In this document: piece by piece, positions 33,554 through 45,645 of the stretch | Numbering within the stretch: the stretch's first letter is position 1 | Layout of the letters: each line of letters opens with the position of its first letter | Source: a cyanobacterium endosymbiont of Rhopalodia gibba | GTDB taxonomy: Bacteria; Cyanobacteriota; Cyanobacteriia; Cyanobacteriales; Microcystaceae | DNA: 64,000 bases | Direction: 5' to 3' | Assembly: GCA_045159875.1 (NCBI GenBank) | Contig: CP067995.1 | Location: 32,001-96,000 of the forward strand | Program-made: the position numbers and the translations under genes | The notes under the pieces: model-generated | The model's input: the letters and a program-made list of their open reading frames with translations, nothing else | Databases searched by the model: none | Told to the model about the DNA's origin: nothing

Positions 33554-34402
33554 ATGAACATTTTACCCCATCGGCTAATTTTAGATCCATTAATTAACAC
33601 ATGGTTACGAGAAGATGTGGGGCGAGGCGACCGCACCGCTCAAGGTTTATCTTTACAACAATGGGGACAAGCGCAATGGTTAGCTAAAGAAACAGGAGTT
33701 ATTGCAGGGATGCCCATAGCCGCTAGGGTATTTGAACTATTGAGCGATCAAGTTCAAGTCAATTATGCAATTGCCGAAGGAAACCCGGTACAACCGTCAC
33801 AAGTGATTACTACGTTTAACGGACCTTTGGATGTGCTGTTGATGGGAGAAAGGGTCGCCTTAAATTTAGCAATGCGCCTAAGTGGAATTGCCACAGCTAC
33901 TCAAAAATACACAGAGGTGATCGCAGACCTTCCCACTCAATTGGTAGACACTCGGAAAACAACCCCTGGCTTAAGAATTTTAGAAAAGTATGCCACTCGA
34001 GTGGGAGGAGCAGTTAATCATCGTATGGGGTTAGATGATGCAGTAATGATCAAAGATAATCACATCAAAGCAGCAGGGGGTATTAAAGCAGCTATTGATA
34101 GTATTCGCCGGACTACACCTTACCCTCTCACTATAGAAGTAGAGACTACCACTCTAGAAGAAGTAAACCAAGCCCTGGAGGGTGCTGCTGATATCATTAT
34201 GTTGGATAATATGGAATTGGCCTTAATGAAACAGGCGGTGCAACTTATCCGCAATAAAAACGTTAAAGTAAAAATTGAAGCCTCGGGTAATGTTAGCTTA
34301 ACAACCATTCGATCTATAGCAGAAACGGGGGTTGATTATATTTCAAGTAGTGCACCCATTACGCGCTCACCCTGGTTGGATTTAAGTATGAGAGTCTTGT
34401 AA
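33554..34402 (+). CDS. nadC: Nicotinate-nucleotide pyrophosphorylase (carboxylating)
   Basis: GERVALN, DTRKTTPG, NHRMGLDD, IKDNH, IMLDN, EASGN. Confidence 0.96.
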   Translation: MNILPHRLILDPLINTWLREDVGRGDRTAQGLSLQQWGQAQWLAKETGVIAGMPIAARVFELLSDQVQVNYAIAEGNPVQPSQVITTFNGPLDVLLMGERVALNLAMRLSGIATATQKYTEVIADLPTQLVDTRKTTPGLRILEKYATRVGGAVNHRMGLDDAVMIKDNHIKAAGGIKAAIDSIRRTTPYPLTIEVETTTLEEVNQALEGAADIIMLDNMELALMKQAVQLIRNKNVKVKIEASGNVSLTTIRSIAETGVDYISSSAPITRSPWLDLSMRVL

Positions 34403-34449
34403 GATTCAAATTTTATAGTTGATGGTTAACTGTAAAAGAGTACTTTTGA

Positions 34450-34930
34450 GATAAAGTTGTTGTGATCCAATACCTTCTAAGTCAGCATGTTCTACCTGGG
34501 TGCCCTGTAATAGAGAAAATGCCTTGAAAAATTTCTTTTTCTTATGTCAGCTTGGGGTAAATCGGCTCTTGATAAGTTATCATAGCTAAAATCGGCATCT
34601 TATAGTGTTGTTTCCACTAAAGATGCGCTTTGCAAGTCACGACCGCAAAAATAGACTTCTATTAAATTTAAGTGTCTAAGTAAAGTTCCTGCAAAAAAAG
34701 TCATAGCTAAACTTAGATTACTCCCTTCAATATCTAAGAAAATTGTTCTGTACAAATTAGCATTACGATAGTCGATATTGTTCACATTAGCTCCTTGTAA
34801 ACTACCTTTGGATAGGTAAACTTCAACAACTAAATTAACTCCTGACAAATCGACCCCGGTCAGATTATCCCCAACAATATCTTTTATTTTACTATTACGA
34901 ATATCATCTAAACCTATGGGTTTGATTCAT
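34450..34930 (-). pseudogene. Pentapeptide repeat protein remnant
   Basis: Degenerate A(D/N)LXX repeats (GANVN, NANLY, SNLSL, RDLQSASL) broken by stops. Confidence 0.6.
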
Positions 34931-35075
34931 GATATGTTTTCGGAAAACTTTTAAATAGATTTAACATTTAATTGAGTTGAGGTAGAAAGTAAAGAAAAAA
35001 TTCCCTGTTAAATTCGATAGAATTAACATCGAGAGTGTCACAATTTTGAACAGATTTATAGATCACGAAACTGTA

Positions 35076-36317
35076 ATGACCATAACCCCCATTTCTACCA
35101 CTTCAGCCACGCAACGCCAATATCCTGATACTTTAGGACGTTTTGGCAGTTATGGTGGAAAGTATGTTCCCGAAACCTTAATGCCAGCCTTAAGCGAACT
35201 AGAAACTGCCTACAGTCACTACAAAGATGATCCCAATTTTCGAGAAGAATTAAATCAATTGTTACGAGACTATGTAGGAAGACCTAGTCCTCTCTACTTT
35301 GCTGAACGCTTAACTACTCGTTATAGTCATTCTGATGGTAATGGTCCTCAAATTTACCTCAAACGAGAAGATTTAAACCATACTGGAGCGCATAAAATTA
35401 ATAATGCCCTGGGACAAGTGCTGTTAGCCAAAAGAATGAATAAAAAGCGCATTATCGCTGAAACAGGGGCAGGTCAACATGGAGTGGCGACGGCCACTGT
35501 TTGCGCCCGTTTTGGTCTGGAATGCATGATTTACATGGGCGTTCACGACATGGAACGTCAAAAATTGAATGTTTGTCGCATGAATTGGTTGGGGGCTACT
35601 GTAAAACCTGTTGAAGTGGGAACAGGAACTCTTAAAGATGCTACCTCACAAGCTATTAGAGATTGGGTAACAAATGTAGAAACAACGCATTACATTCTTG
35701 GATCAGTAGCTGGTCCCCATCCCTATCCTATGATAGTGCGTGATTTTCATCAAATTATCGGACAAGAAACCCGTCGCCAAAGTTTAGAAAAATGGGGCGG
35801 TTTACCTGATATTCTTTTAGCTTGTGTAGGAGGGGGTTCTAATGCTATAGGACTATTTTATGAGTTCCTCGATGACCCTTCTGTCCGGTTAATTGGAATC
35901 GAAGCCGCGGGGGAGAGTATTGTGTCTGGAAAACACGCTGCAACCTTAACAACAGGTCGTCCGGGAGTCTTACATGGAGCAATGAGTTATCTCTTACAAG
36001 ATGAAGATGGCCAAGTGATTGAAGCCCATTCTATCAGTGCTGGATTAGATTATCCTGGGGTTGGTCCGGAACATAGTTATCTTAAAGATAGCCATCGTGC
36101 GGAATATTATAGTGTTACCGATGCGGAGGCAGTAGCAGCTTTTCAACAGTTGTCTCAATTAGAAGGGATTATTCCCGCTTTAGAAACTTCTCACGCAATT
36201 GCCTATTTGGAAACTCTTTGTCTTCAATTGGAAGGTAGTCCTCGTATTATTATAAATTGTTCGGGACGAGGGGATAAAGATGTACAAACGGTAGCTAAAT
36301 ATTTAAATAATGAATAA
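35076..36317 (+). CDS. trpB: Tryptophan synthase beta chain
   Basis: [53 protein letters not shown] 35076 preferred. Confidence 0.97.
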   Translation: MTITPISTTSATQRQYPDTLGRFGSYGGKYVPETLMPALSELETAYSHYKDDPNFREELNQLLRDYVGRPSPLYFAERLTTRYSHSDGNGPQIYLKREDLNHTGAHKINNALGQVLLAKRMNKKRIIAETGAGQHGVATATVCARFGLECMIYMGVHDMERQKLNVCRMNWLGATVKPVEVGTGTLKDATSQAIRDWVTNVETTHYILGSVAGPHPYPMIVRDFHQIIGQETRRQSLEKWGGLPDILLACVGGGSNAIGLFYEFLDDPSVRLIGIEAAGESIVSGKHAATLTTGRPGVLHGAMSYLLQDEDGQVIEAHSISAGLDYPGVGPEHSYLKDSHRAEYYSVTDAEAVAAFQQLSQLEGIIPALETSHAIAYLETLCLQLEGSPRIIINCSGRGDKDVQTVAKYLNNE

Positions 36318-36330
36318 TTAACTATTATTT

Positions 36331-36378
36331 CAGTTCTGTGATATCCCCTAAATGATATTGGAAGATATCACAGAACTG
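36331..36378 (+). terminator. Hairpin after trpB
   Basis: CAGTTCTGTGATATC...GATATCACAGAACTG 15-bp arms followed by GTTTT. Confidence 0.7.
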
Positions 36379-36389
36379 GTTTTACCATT

Positions 36390-36990
36390 ATCGCTTTATT
36401 GATAGCTTGATTTATTGAAATTTCTATAATTTTAGGATTTTTGAGTGCGGAAATATTTTTCATTTTTTGAATAACAGTTTTTAATGGAGTTTAAATCAGG
36501 AGAATAAGAAGATAAAAATGCGACTTGTCCCCTATAGATTTCATTACTTTTCTAAATTTTGTAATACAGTAAATTCTCTATAACCAAACAAGCTTATGGT
36601 CAGATTTGTGGTATCAGTACTTCTATTTTAGAAATAAGAAAAAATTTTTTATTTGTCTATTGTTCAATAGTAAAAGGGACAGAAGCATAGGTATTGCACA
36701 CCTTTTCTCTATCTTATTGTCTTTTTTGTTAATCAAAAGTTAGAAAATTTTTTAAACAAGTTACTGTTAATTGGAACTCAATATCTGGTAATTTTTAGCT
36801 GAAGATTGAAGTCTTCCTCAAAATAGGAACAAGACAATGACATACAAAAACTAGAAAGTTTAATAAATAATTAAACGCTTTAAAGAAATAAGATTTATAT
36901 TTTTGGTATAAACTAAATTAGCCAATCACCTAAAGTATTAAACCAATTGAATGAGTTGTCATATTATTCGTGTCCAATATACCAATTAAA
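36390..36990 (-). mobile_element. IS630-family transposase fossil (copy 1)
   Basis: EVLIPQI*P*ACLVIENL and FLSSYSPDLNSIKNCYSKMK (cf. LPPYSPDLNPIExxWSKxK). Confidence 0.75.
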
Positions 36991-37296
36991 TGGTGCCTTA
37001 AGTTAGTTTAATTTTTTAAAAAGTTAAATTTTTTGATAAAATTTAATAACAGACTGCTAATTGTCTACTCGACCCATGTTGACAAATTAATCAACTCCTA
37101 ATCGAGGATATTCGTGAATGATTCGGTTAAACTTTTGATTATACAATAACCTGGGGTAATATTTATTCTTCGTCTTCTTTCTTATTAAGAACAAACGAAT
37201 AAAGCTAAGATAGACTTAACAGAAGTCTTTTTGCAAGATTTGAAGATCAACAAAAGATGCCATAATGAATCCTGGGTCAATAAGAGGAAACTGGAC

Positions 37297-39111
37297 ATGC
37301 GACTGTCTCAAATGCTTTTTGTCACTCTAAGAGAAGATCCTGCCGAAGCAGAAATTCCTAGTCATAAACTGCTATTGAGAGCGGGATACATCCGTCGCAT
37401 GGGTAGTGGAATTTATACTTATTTACCACTGATGTGGCGGGTTTTACAAAAGGTATCCCGGATTGTCCGTGAAGAAATGAACCTTGTCAACGCTCAAGAA
37501 TGTTTACTTCCTCAACTGCAACCGGCAGACTTATGGCGAGAGTCAGGTCGATGGGAAACCTATACTAAAGCAGAAGGGATTATGTTTTCTTTGGTCGATA
37601 GACGACGCATCCAATTAGGACTGGGACCAACCCATGAGGAAGTGATCACTACTCTTGCTAAGGACATGATCCATTCCTATCGTCAATTACCTGTCAATTT
37701 ATACCAAATTCAAACTAAGTTTCGTGACGAAATTCGCCCCCGTTTTGGGTTAATGCGGGGACGGGAATTTATTATGAAGGATGCCTATTCCTTCCACACT
37801 TCTCCTGAAAGTCTTCAAAAAACTTACGAAGCTATGGACCAAGCTTATCGGAACATAATTCGTCGTTGTGGTTTGGCTTTTAGAGCTGTACAAGCAGATT
37901 CAGGAGCGATCGGGGGCTCAGCCTCTCAGGAGTTTATGATTCTTGCTGAAGCAGGGGAAGATACAATCTTCTATACCGAAGATGGAAAATATGCAGCTAA
38001 TGTGGAAAAAGCGGTCTCTTTGCCTCTTGATGAGGAAAAGTCTCCTTTTACTAAATCAGAGAGACGAGAAACTCCAGCAACCGATACTATAGAGAAACTC
38101 TGTAAATTCTTGAAATGCTCCTCCACAATGATAGTCAAAAATGTCCTCTATGAGGTTTTGTATGATAGTGGAAAGACTGTTATAGTATTAGTTGCAATTC
38201 GTGGAGATCACGAAGTAAACGAAGTCAAGTTAAGAAATGAATTAGCAACATTTGCTCCTCAATATCAAGGAAGTGCAGTTTTAGATTTAGGAACTTCTAA
38301 TAAAACATCACAACAAAAATGGGCGACTAAACCTTTACCATTAGGATATATTGCTCCCGATCTAGAGGACGATTATATCGACAATAACAAAGATTACGCC
38401 CCTAAATTCTTGAGAATAGTGGATAAAACTGTTATAGAGTTAAAAAACTTCATCACGGGGGCTAATGAGAATGGATATCATCAAATAGGGGCTAATTGGG
38501 ATAAAGAGTTTAAGTCGCCAAAAGTAGTAGTAGATGTAAGAACAGCTATGCTCGGTGATCGCGCGGTTCATAATCCCAAACAAACTCTAAAAACTGCTAG
38601 AGGAATTGAAGTCGGACATATTTTCCAATTAGGAACAAAATATTCCCGAGCAATGGGGGCAACCTTTACCAATGAAAAAGGAGAAGAACAGCCCTTAGTT
38701 ATGGGATGTTACGGAGTGGGAGTTTCTCGTCTAGCTCAAGCGGCTGTGGAACAGTCTTATGATAAGGATGGAATTATTTGGCCAGTGGCAATCGCCCCTT
38801 ACCATGTAATCGTAGTTATTCCCAATATTAATGATTACAAACAGATAGAAGTGGCTGAGAAACTTTATAATGAGTTAAATCAAGCAGGGGTAGAAACCCT
38901 CTTAGATGACAGAAATGAACGGGCCGGAGTTAAATTTAAGGATGCGGAATTAATTGGTATTCCCTATCGTATTGTGACAGGGCGATCACTCAAATATGGT
39001 AAGGTAGAAGTGGTAGAACGGGCAAAGAAAAACTCCCGAGAGATAGCTATTGAGGAAGTAGTAGTTACCTTGAAACAATGGGTCACTGAAGTAGGGACAC
39101 AACCACAATAA
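37297..39111 (+). CDS. proS: Proline--tRNA ligase
   Basis: [56 protein letters not shown] 37297 after GAGG. Confidence 0.97.
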   Translation: MRLSQMLFVTLREDPAEAEIPSHKLLLRAGYIRRMGSGIYTYLPLMWRVLQKVSRIVREEMNLVNAQECLLPQLQPADLWRESGRWETYTKAEGIMFSLVDRRRIQLGLGPTHEEVITTLAKDMIHSYRQLPVNLYQIQTKFRDEIRPRFGLMRGREFIMKDAYSFHTSPESLQKTYEAMDQAYRNIIRRCGLAFRAVQADSGAIGGSASQEFMILAEAGEDTIFYTEDGKYAANVEKAVSLPLDEEKSPFTKSERRETPATDTIEKLCKFLKCSSTMIVKNVLYEVLYDSGKTVIVLVAIRGDHEVNEVKLRNELATFAPQYQGSAVLDLGTSNKTSQQKWATKPLPLGYIAPDLEDDYIDNNKDYAPKFLRIVDKTVIELKNFITGANENGYHQIGANWDKEFKSPKVVVDVRTAMLGDRAVHNPKQTLKTARGIEVGHIFQLGTKYSRAMGATFTNEKGEEQPLVMGCYGVGVSRLAQAAVEQSYDKDGIIWPVAIAPYHVIVVIPNINDYKQIEVAEKLYNELNQAGVETLLDDRNERAGVKFKDAELIGIPYRIVTGRSLKYGKVEVVERAKKNSREIAIEEVVVTLKQWVTEVGTQPQ

Positions 39112-39869
39112 GCAACAAAATAAGATTCATCATTCTATAAAGAGATAGTATCAAAGTTGTGACTTCTTATTGTCAATATACGTTGCAGTTTATTTTTCAG
39201 TTCTCCTAACTCCATCTAAATCAATAGATTTTTGGTGAGAACTGCGCTTAACACTTCTGCTTAAAAATCTAAATAGTATCGATAACTGTTATCGGTTGAT
39301 TGTGAACGAGTCACGGTTGTTTTAAATGTTTTACCTCTTCTAGACTAGTCACGACAAAATTCTAATAAAAAAAGTTGAAAGTACTACTTAACTGCTAATT
39401 CATAATACTCGGTCTAAAAGAGACTAAGATTTTTCTCATAATCAAGTAATTGCGCTGATCAGCAATGTGAAAACATTGTAAGTTATCATTTAATTTTCTC
39501 ATTAAAAATGGTCCGTGTCCTCTTCTCCTTTTAGATCTAGAGAATTTACTGTATTTTGCTCAATCTCTACTAATTTTTTTTCTAAGTTAAAAATTAACTC
39601 CAAATCCCAAATTTTAATTTCTAGACAATTAAAAAACAGATAGATTTTTATTACAATGGTTAAGATTGGAGAGAAAATTGTGATGAGCGTTAATAATTGT
39701 ATTAGTAAACCCTTTGGCTAAAACTAATTTACATTTCTACAAAGTTTTTTTACACCAATGATACTCAATTATTTCTTTAAACTAAGTTTGTTTTGAAAAA
39801 AATTTTAAATTTGGTTATAATTTTTGATCGAAGCTGATTGATTAATGGTCAAATATTAAATTAAAATTG

Positions 39870-40472
39870 TTCTGAAAAAAAATTCAATCATAGCAGTAGC
39901 TTCAATTTGCCTGGCAACGTAAATCTAGTTCAATCACATCTTTAAAAACTTTCACCTGCGATCACCCATAAACTTGTCATTTTTCCGTCATTTCTGGCTT
40001 AACGTTTAACCATTGTCACTGAGGAATTTCATAAAGACCTATTTCACCAGAAATTGGAGGTTGGAGGTCAAGAACCCACTGGACTTATATTTTCTTCAAG
40101 AACACCACAAAACTGTGGCAATTCATACAAACTAATGGAGCGTAAAAGTTTTCCAAATTTCGTACATTCATTTTTTTCAAAATCGCTTTCTGTGCTTCGT
40201 TATAAATTTTGTGGTTTTCGGCTTCTGCGTCTATATATAGCGTAAAATTTTATTATTTTAAAGCATTTTTTCATCCATCTACAACGAGTTTGTTTGGAAA
40301 AGATTGCTCCTGGACTATCGAGTTCAATGGCAATAAGAATGGGAATTAATAATACCCCAGTAATGCCCCATTCTACTAGACTACCAAAAATATCAATGGA
40401 GCGTTTAATCCGAGAACTGACTGAAGAATGGGTTTTGAGAAGCTGTAGATTATTCGTCGAGGATATCGTCAT
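39870..40472 (-). pseudogene. Priming sugar transferase (WcaJ/bacterial sugar transferase family) pseudogene
   Basis: IKRSIDIFGSL..DSPGAIFSKQTR..FKIIKF, then GKLLRSISLYELPQF, SPVGS*PPT, VKPEMT, ELDLRCQ with stops and frameshifts. Confidence 0.8.
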
Positions 40473-40589
40473 TTTTCTTATATCCAGGATTTAGATAATC
40501 AGGAAGAACTTCATCGAGTCCTGTCATGGATAAAACTAGCATAATAGGGGGATGGAGATGATGTCAAATCATTTCAAAGTTATAATTTT

Positions 40590-40950
40590 TTGCTACTTTA
40601 AAGTCGTGAACTAATGCTCCAACCCCACTACTATCTAATGAATTGAGTCTGAGTAAAATTGAGGATTAATTGTCGGGTAACGGGGCTATTATCAAGCCAT
40701 TGATGACAAATGTCGTTAAATACTACTGCTTCTAGAACTGTCAGTCTCAGGGGTATCTGCATCATTGGCTGATTGTCAACAACAACAATTGGAAACTTTA
40801 ATTCTAGTATCTGGCGAGTCATATATGAAAATTTAAAATTACAAGTCAGACATCACTTAATTTTACGTCTTTGGCAAATTATGAAGGTAGGAATTGGCTT
40901 AATTTCTTTTCTTCGTTGTCAAACTGTTAACACAAAACTCTTAATGGTGT
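40590..40950 (-). pseudogene. Possible queE (7-carboxy-7-deazaguanine synthase) remnant
   Basis: PIVVVDNQPMM (cf. IVVITGGEPLM), NSPVTRQLIL, decayed Cys-rich stretch; directly after DUF3318 gene; weak. Confidence 0.35.
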
Positions 40951-40963
40951 TAATAATCTTTTA

Positions 40964-41614
40964 TTAAAGAGGAGGACGTTGAACTGGGTTTTGCTGCATT
41001 TTAGCTTTTGCCTTGGCTGCACTTTTTCTGAGAGCTTGGAGACGAGTTTCATATCGTTTCCGTTGGCGACGGTTTGGGGTTTGCTCAATGAGAGTTTTTA
41101 AAGCACTACCAAGACTTTTATAGGCATTGGGTAGGGAATACCCGAAACGGGTGGCTAGGATAATTGCTTTTTCATCTCCATCAAGGGATTCTCGGAGTTT
41201 CCGTTCACCGTTATTTTTCTGCCAGAGTCGATAGCCAGAAATTCCGCATAAAGCAAGAGCTAATAAGAGTAGTAAACCATCTTGTACCCAAAGTTCGCCA
41301 ACCGCTCCCCCTAAACCAATAGCCAGAGCAGCCATTTCCCACCCTTCTCTGGGAATTGTGTCATTTTGAATTCTGGCAACTTCATGCCAAAAGAGTAGAT
41401 TACGCTGGTCAATGGAGAAGTTTTCCCATTGAGTCAGATCAACTTGTATTTCAACTTCATCTTTTCCAAGTTCTTCACAGCGAAGCAGAGAAGGATTGAC
41501 TTCAGTGCTACCTTCGACCATGACCCAACTTTGCAATTCCGGTGGTAATAAGGTTTTAAGCCGTCGAAGTTCACTCATTTCTGCTCTGGCAGATGAAGCT
41601 ACGTAGGATGTCAT
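40964..41614 (-). CDS. DUF3318 domain membrane protein
   Basis: ELRRLKTLLPPELQSWV, LLFWHEVARIQNDTIP, GWEMAALAIGLGG. Confidence 0.8.
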   Translation of the reverse strand: MTSYVASSARAEMSELRRLKTLLPPELQSWVMVEGSTEVNPSLLRCEELGKDEVEIQVDLTQWENFSIDQRNLLFWHEVARIQNDTIPREGWEMAALAIGLGGAVGELWVQDGLLLLLALALCGISGYRLWQKNNGERKLRESLDGDEKAIILATRFGYSLPNAYKSLGSALKTLIEQTPNRRQRKRYETRLQALRKSAAKAKAKMQQNPVQRPPL

Positions 41615-41622
41615 AGGATTTT

Positions 41623-41660
41623 TTATGTTAATTAACTATACTTATGTTAATTAACTATAC
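41623..41660. repeat. Perfect 19-bp tandem duplication
   Basis: TTATGTTAATTAACTATAC twice, 41623-41641 and 41642-41660. Confidence 0.9.
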
Positions 41661-41754
41661 TATTACAAGGATGTTATCTCTGATTGTAGCGATCCCAAAT
41701 ATTAGAGTTCACCACTTGTATCATAATTTTAGTTTGGGTTTCACCTAAAGGCAA

Positions 41755-42561
41755 TCAACGGGGTAAAACACCCCATTGTTGGATGAGAATAAAGACTGCT
41801 ACGACAATTAAAAAATAACCAAATCCTTTTTCTAGTTGCTTGGCTTGAACATATTGAGATAAATACGCCCCGAAAAAGGTTCCGAAACTTGCTACTAGGG
41901 TAAATGAGGCTATTAAACTCCAATCAAGAGGAACTTTCCCCACGTATCCTAGAAATCCAGCTATTCCATTTAAGGCAATAATTACCAAGGAGGTTCCAAT
42001 AGCCTCTTTTATCTGGGTATTCCCTAACAAAACTAAGGCTGGAACGATAACAAATCCTCCCCCAACTCCCACTAGTCCGATCAAAATCCCGATGCCGAAC
42101 CCTTCTAAGACCAACCAAAGCCAACTATATCGATAGACGAGGTGAATCTTTTGATTAGAGTCAGTATTTTCTTTAAAAAGAGATGAAGGGGGTAAGATAT
42201 TTTTTCGAATGATCAAAACGGCCGCTAAGATCATCATTATAGCAAATAGTAGCAGTTGGATTGTTTCTGTAATAAAAGGAAGAATAGCTAAATTAGCTCC
42301 CAAAAAAGCCCCTAACATGGTAGCTTTCCCAAATAAAAATGCTTTTTTAAGATTCACATTCCCTTTACGCCAGTGGGGAATTGCCCCGATAATGCTGACG
42401 ATCCCTACAATAATTAAGGTCATGGCAATCGCACTTTTGGGAGGAATTCTCATAACATAGACTAAAATGGGCAGAGTAAGAACTGAGCCTCCTCCCCCTA
42501 ATAGTCCTAGACTAATCCCAATACAACCAGCCAGCAGATGTCCAATGATTTGTATCAACAT
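41755..42561 (-). CDS. Sulfite exporter TauE/SafE family
   Basis: GLLGGGGSVLTLPILVY, GLVGVGGGFVIVPAL, AIGTSL; multi-TM. Confidence 0.9.
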   Translation of the reverse strand: MLIQIIGHLLAGCIGISLGLLGGGGSVLTLPILVYVMRIPPKSAIAMTLIIVGIVSIIGAIPHWRKGNVNLKKAFLFGKATMLGAFLGANLAILPFITETIQLLLFAIMMILAAVLIIRKNILPPSSLFKENTDSNQKIHLVYRYSWLWLVLEGFGIGILIGLVGVGGGFVIVPALVLLGNTQIKEAIGTSLVIIALNGIAGFLGYVGKVPLDWSLIASFTLVASFGTFFGAYLSQYVQAKQLEKGFGYFLIVVAVFILIQQWGVLPR

Positions 42562-42668
42562 ATCAACAGTTATATTTTCATATAATTAACGATTAGGAAA
42601 CAAAAGACATAAGGCAACAATTAGAGTCTCCCTCCTCACCCTAACCTCATTTATGCTTACGTTAAATA

Positions 42669-43400
42669 ACGTAAGTTCGACGAAATTTGAAAATATGGTT
42701 GTTATTTTCAATATCTAAGTCAAAATACGACGAGGTTAATGATTATCTAAAATAATAACCGCCAACAATCTAGACTACAATGGTTGTTTAAAAACAGCAG
42801 AAAACAAGGTTAGCTTATCTTTGAACTCTAAGTTGAGAGAAGGTTTTTTAAGTAAATGAACATAAGAGATCAGTCGAGAACAAAGGTTAACAAAACAGTT
42901 CCAAATACTTCAATTTCTCGAATGTTCAATCTGAGAGATATTTTTAAGTTGGTCGTTAATCGTTTCAACTAAAAGAACGCTTACGCGATAATATTTTATC
43001 ACTCGGTCTTACTAACTTTTGCTTCATCTCCAATTAATGACGAGTCATTAATTGAAGTCCTTGTTAATAGAGTTTTTTAAAGAGTTCTTAAAATAAGATA
43101 TTTTCCGTCTCCCAATAATTGGCCAATTAAACCTCACCTTAATCTGGAAATCAGTTTACGGTTATCTGTATTACTTGAACTTAACTGAAAAGTCCATAAT
43201 TTACCGCGGTCGTTTATCATTAAAGGTAGTTTAAATCCCTAATGTCATCTCATAGAATTCTAGACCTATCGAACCAAGCCACGAGAAACTCGGTGGACTC
43301 TACTGTACTGCAAACTCGGCAACAGACATCTATCGCAGTAGATTCGAAAGAATTAGTCCTTGTGATTTCTCTTTTCTTATTCGGCGACGAACATTACAGT
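42669..43400 (-). mobile_element. IS982-family transposase fossil with one terminal repeat
   Basis: GFKLPLMINDRGK, VETINDQLKNISQIEHSRN, FVNL..LISY..KKPSL; end-like ACGTAAGTTCG at 42669. Confidence 0.8.
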
Positions 43401-44298
43401 AACGTCATTTTCTAAGGTATTAAGTTCAACAAAATGATTATAATTTACTAGATTTATACAATGCAATGCTTTTTTGCAATTGCAATGGAGAATAACCTAT
43501 AATGCATAAAATTTTTTCTTTCAAGGTTCGATTAAAGAGTTCGGATACTTACCTCTGTATTTTAATAACTTCCTCCATTCGATAAGTTTTTTATTCTTTT
43601 GCTGAAACAGATATAATTTGACAGTGAGTCAACTCTACTTTTTTTAGTCAAGAATTACTACCTTTACAGAAAAAAAATAGAAAGTTCTTCGGGTGGCTAA
43701 TCTGTCTCCTGTTATCAGTAATTCTAGCAAATAATAATTATTATTTGCTAACTTAATTAAGCAATGGACTAACATTACACTGTCTTAAATTAGGAGTAGA
43801 AGATTGAACCTTATTCACAAAAACATCAGAAGCATTAAAAATTAAGATTGGGACGAGTAATGTTTTTTGAGTCTTGGGGATAGTTCAATTTACTTAAATC
43901 AGAAAATTTCAGTAACATAAGATTAATTTCATGTTGATCATCCCCTTAATTTATTTATAAAATACCACTGATTAAGGATGATTCGTTGTATCTTTTCAAT
44001 TTTGTAATTATTTATAGATAATCATCTTTAGTGGATTTTTTATTTTCTAAATATCAGCGACTACAGGAATATTAAGACTCAAGTTTACAGATAAACACCG
44101 TATTAGAATAATTATTGTTTTTTTGAACGATGGACTTATTATTAGAAATATTTCTCTCGAAATAAAATGTTTATTCTGACGATGAAGATAACAATTGATT
44201 ACAAGGCAAGCTTTCAACCAAGTAAATCAATTATCTCTTAGTAAGATATTTTTTTGTTGACTACCTTTTTTAGAGTGATTTTAAAACCTAATTTTTTT

Positions 44299-44985
44299 TT
44301 AAATTTTTCCACAATTTTTATTAGCGGGTATAGCTTCCATTATCTTTTTAGGATTGGGTAAATTAAGATTATTCATAAAGGTAATAAAGTTGGTTTTATC
44401 CCGTCCTCCAAAGCGAGGGTTCCATTTCTTTTCCTCTCCAATAGTAGAAACCGTGTGACCTCGATAGTCGTGACCAGGATAAACTAAGATATCATCAGAT
44501 AAAGTAAAGAGTCGCTGAGTGACTGAGTCATAAAGGGTTGCTGCATCTCCACTTTGAAAGTCGGTGCGTCCACATCCCCGAATAAATAAAGCATCACCTG
44601 TCAATAAGTGAGTTTTATTAACTAAGTGTGCTAGATGACTATCCGTGTGACCAGGGGTGGCGATCGCCTCTATACTAATTTCTCCGAGTTGTAAGATTTC
44701 GTGGTCTTTCAAAAACCGATCGGCGCAGGTAATTCTGGAATTTTCGGGAATAATTCCCAGACATCCTGTCATTTCTCTTAGCTTTCCTGTTCCTGTAATG
44801 TGATCAGCATGAATGTGGGTTTCTAAACAGTATTTGAGGATTAATCCTAGTTCTTCTAAAAGTTGGCAATCGCGTTCAATTTGTTCAAATACTGGATCAA
44901 CCAGTAACGCTTCTTTTGTCGTGCGATCAGCGATGAGATAAGTGTAGGTTGAAGATTCCCCATCAAAGAGTTGACGAAATAGCAT
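44299..44985 (-). CDS. MBL-fold persulfide dioxygenase (ETHE1-like)
   Basis: MLFRQLFD..SSTYTYL, ETHIHADHITG, TPGHT, TGDALFIRGCGRTDFQ, YPGHDY. Confidence 0.88.
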   Translation of the reverse strand: MLFRQLFDGESSTYTYLIADRTTKEALLVDPVFEQIERDCQLLEELGLILKYCLETHIHADHITGTGKLREMTGCLGIIPENSRITCADRFLKDHEILQLGEISIEAIATPGHTDSHLAHLVNKTHLLTGDALFIRGCGRTDFQSGDAATLYDSVTQRLFTLSDDILVYPGHDYRGHTVSTIGEEKKWNPRFGGRDKTNFITFMNNLNLPNPKKIMEAIPANKNCGKI

Positions 44986-45186
44986 AACTTGTTAAGGGGG
45001 TTAGATTATCAAAACTTTTTTAAGTATACAATTACTTGGTAATTAAAGGAGGAATTTGATGTTCGTGAGAGATTATAATAAATTCATCTTCAACATTAGC
45101 TTCTAACTTGTAAGGAATAACTAATTAGTTTTACAATCATTGATTATAGTTACTAAACAAAATTTGCTCAAGACATAGAGGAACCC

Positions 45187-45645
45187 ATGGCTAAACGCGT
45201 TCAGATTGTATTGAATCAATCTATCAATAAATTAGGAGACACAGGAGCTCTCGTAGAAGTTGCCCCAGGATATGCTCGCAATTATCTAATCCCTAAAGGA
45301 CTGGGGGTTATAGCAACATCAGGTATTCTCAGACAGGTAGAACAACGCAAAGAAAAAGAAAGACAACGCCTGCTAGCTGAAAAACAAGCAGCTGAAGCCC
45401 ATAAAACAGCCCTAGCAACTATTGGACGTTTTATTATCCGTAAACAAGTTGGGGAAGGACAAGCTATTTTCGGCACTGTCACCACCCAAGAAGTGGCTGA
45501 GGCAATTCAGGCAGTCACGAATCAAGAAGTGGATCGTCGTGGGATTACTTTACCTGAAATTAGTCAAATTGGATTTTACAAAGCGACAGTAAAACTACAC
45601 CCCGAAGTCATCGCAGAAGTTGAAATTCAGGTGGCACCTTTGTAG
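45187..45645 (+). CDS. rplI: 50S ribosomal protein L9
   Basis: [26 protein letters not shown]. Confidence 0.96.
   Translation: MAKRVQIVLNQSINKLGDTGALVEVAPGYARNYLIPKGLGVIATSGILRQVEQRKEKERQRLLAEKQAAEAHKTALATIGRFIIRKQVGEGQAIFGTVTTQEVAEAIQAVTNQEVDRRGITLPEISQIGFYKATVKLHPEVIAEVEIQVAPL

Noticed and set aside
42600..42650. NsiR4-like sRNA start (AAGACATAA)
   Set aside because: Similarity limited to a few bases; no matching hairpins.
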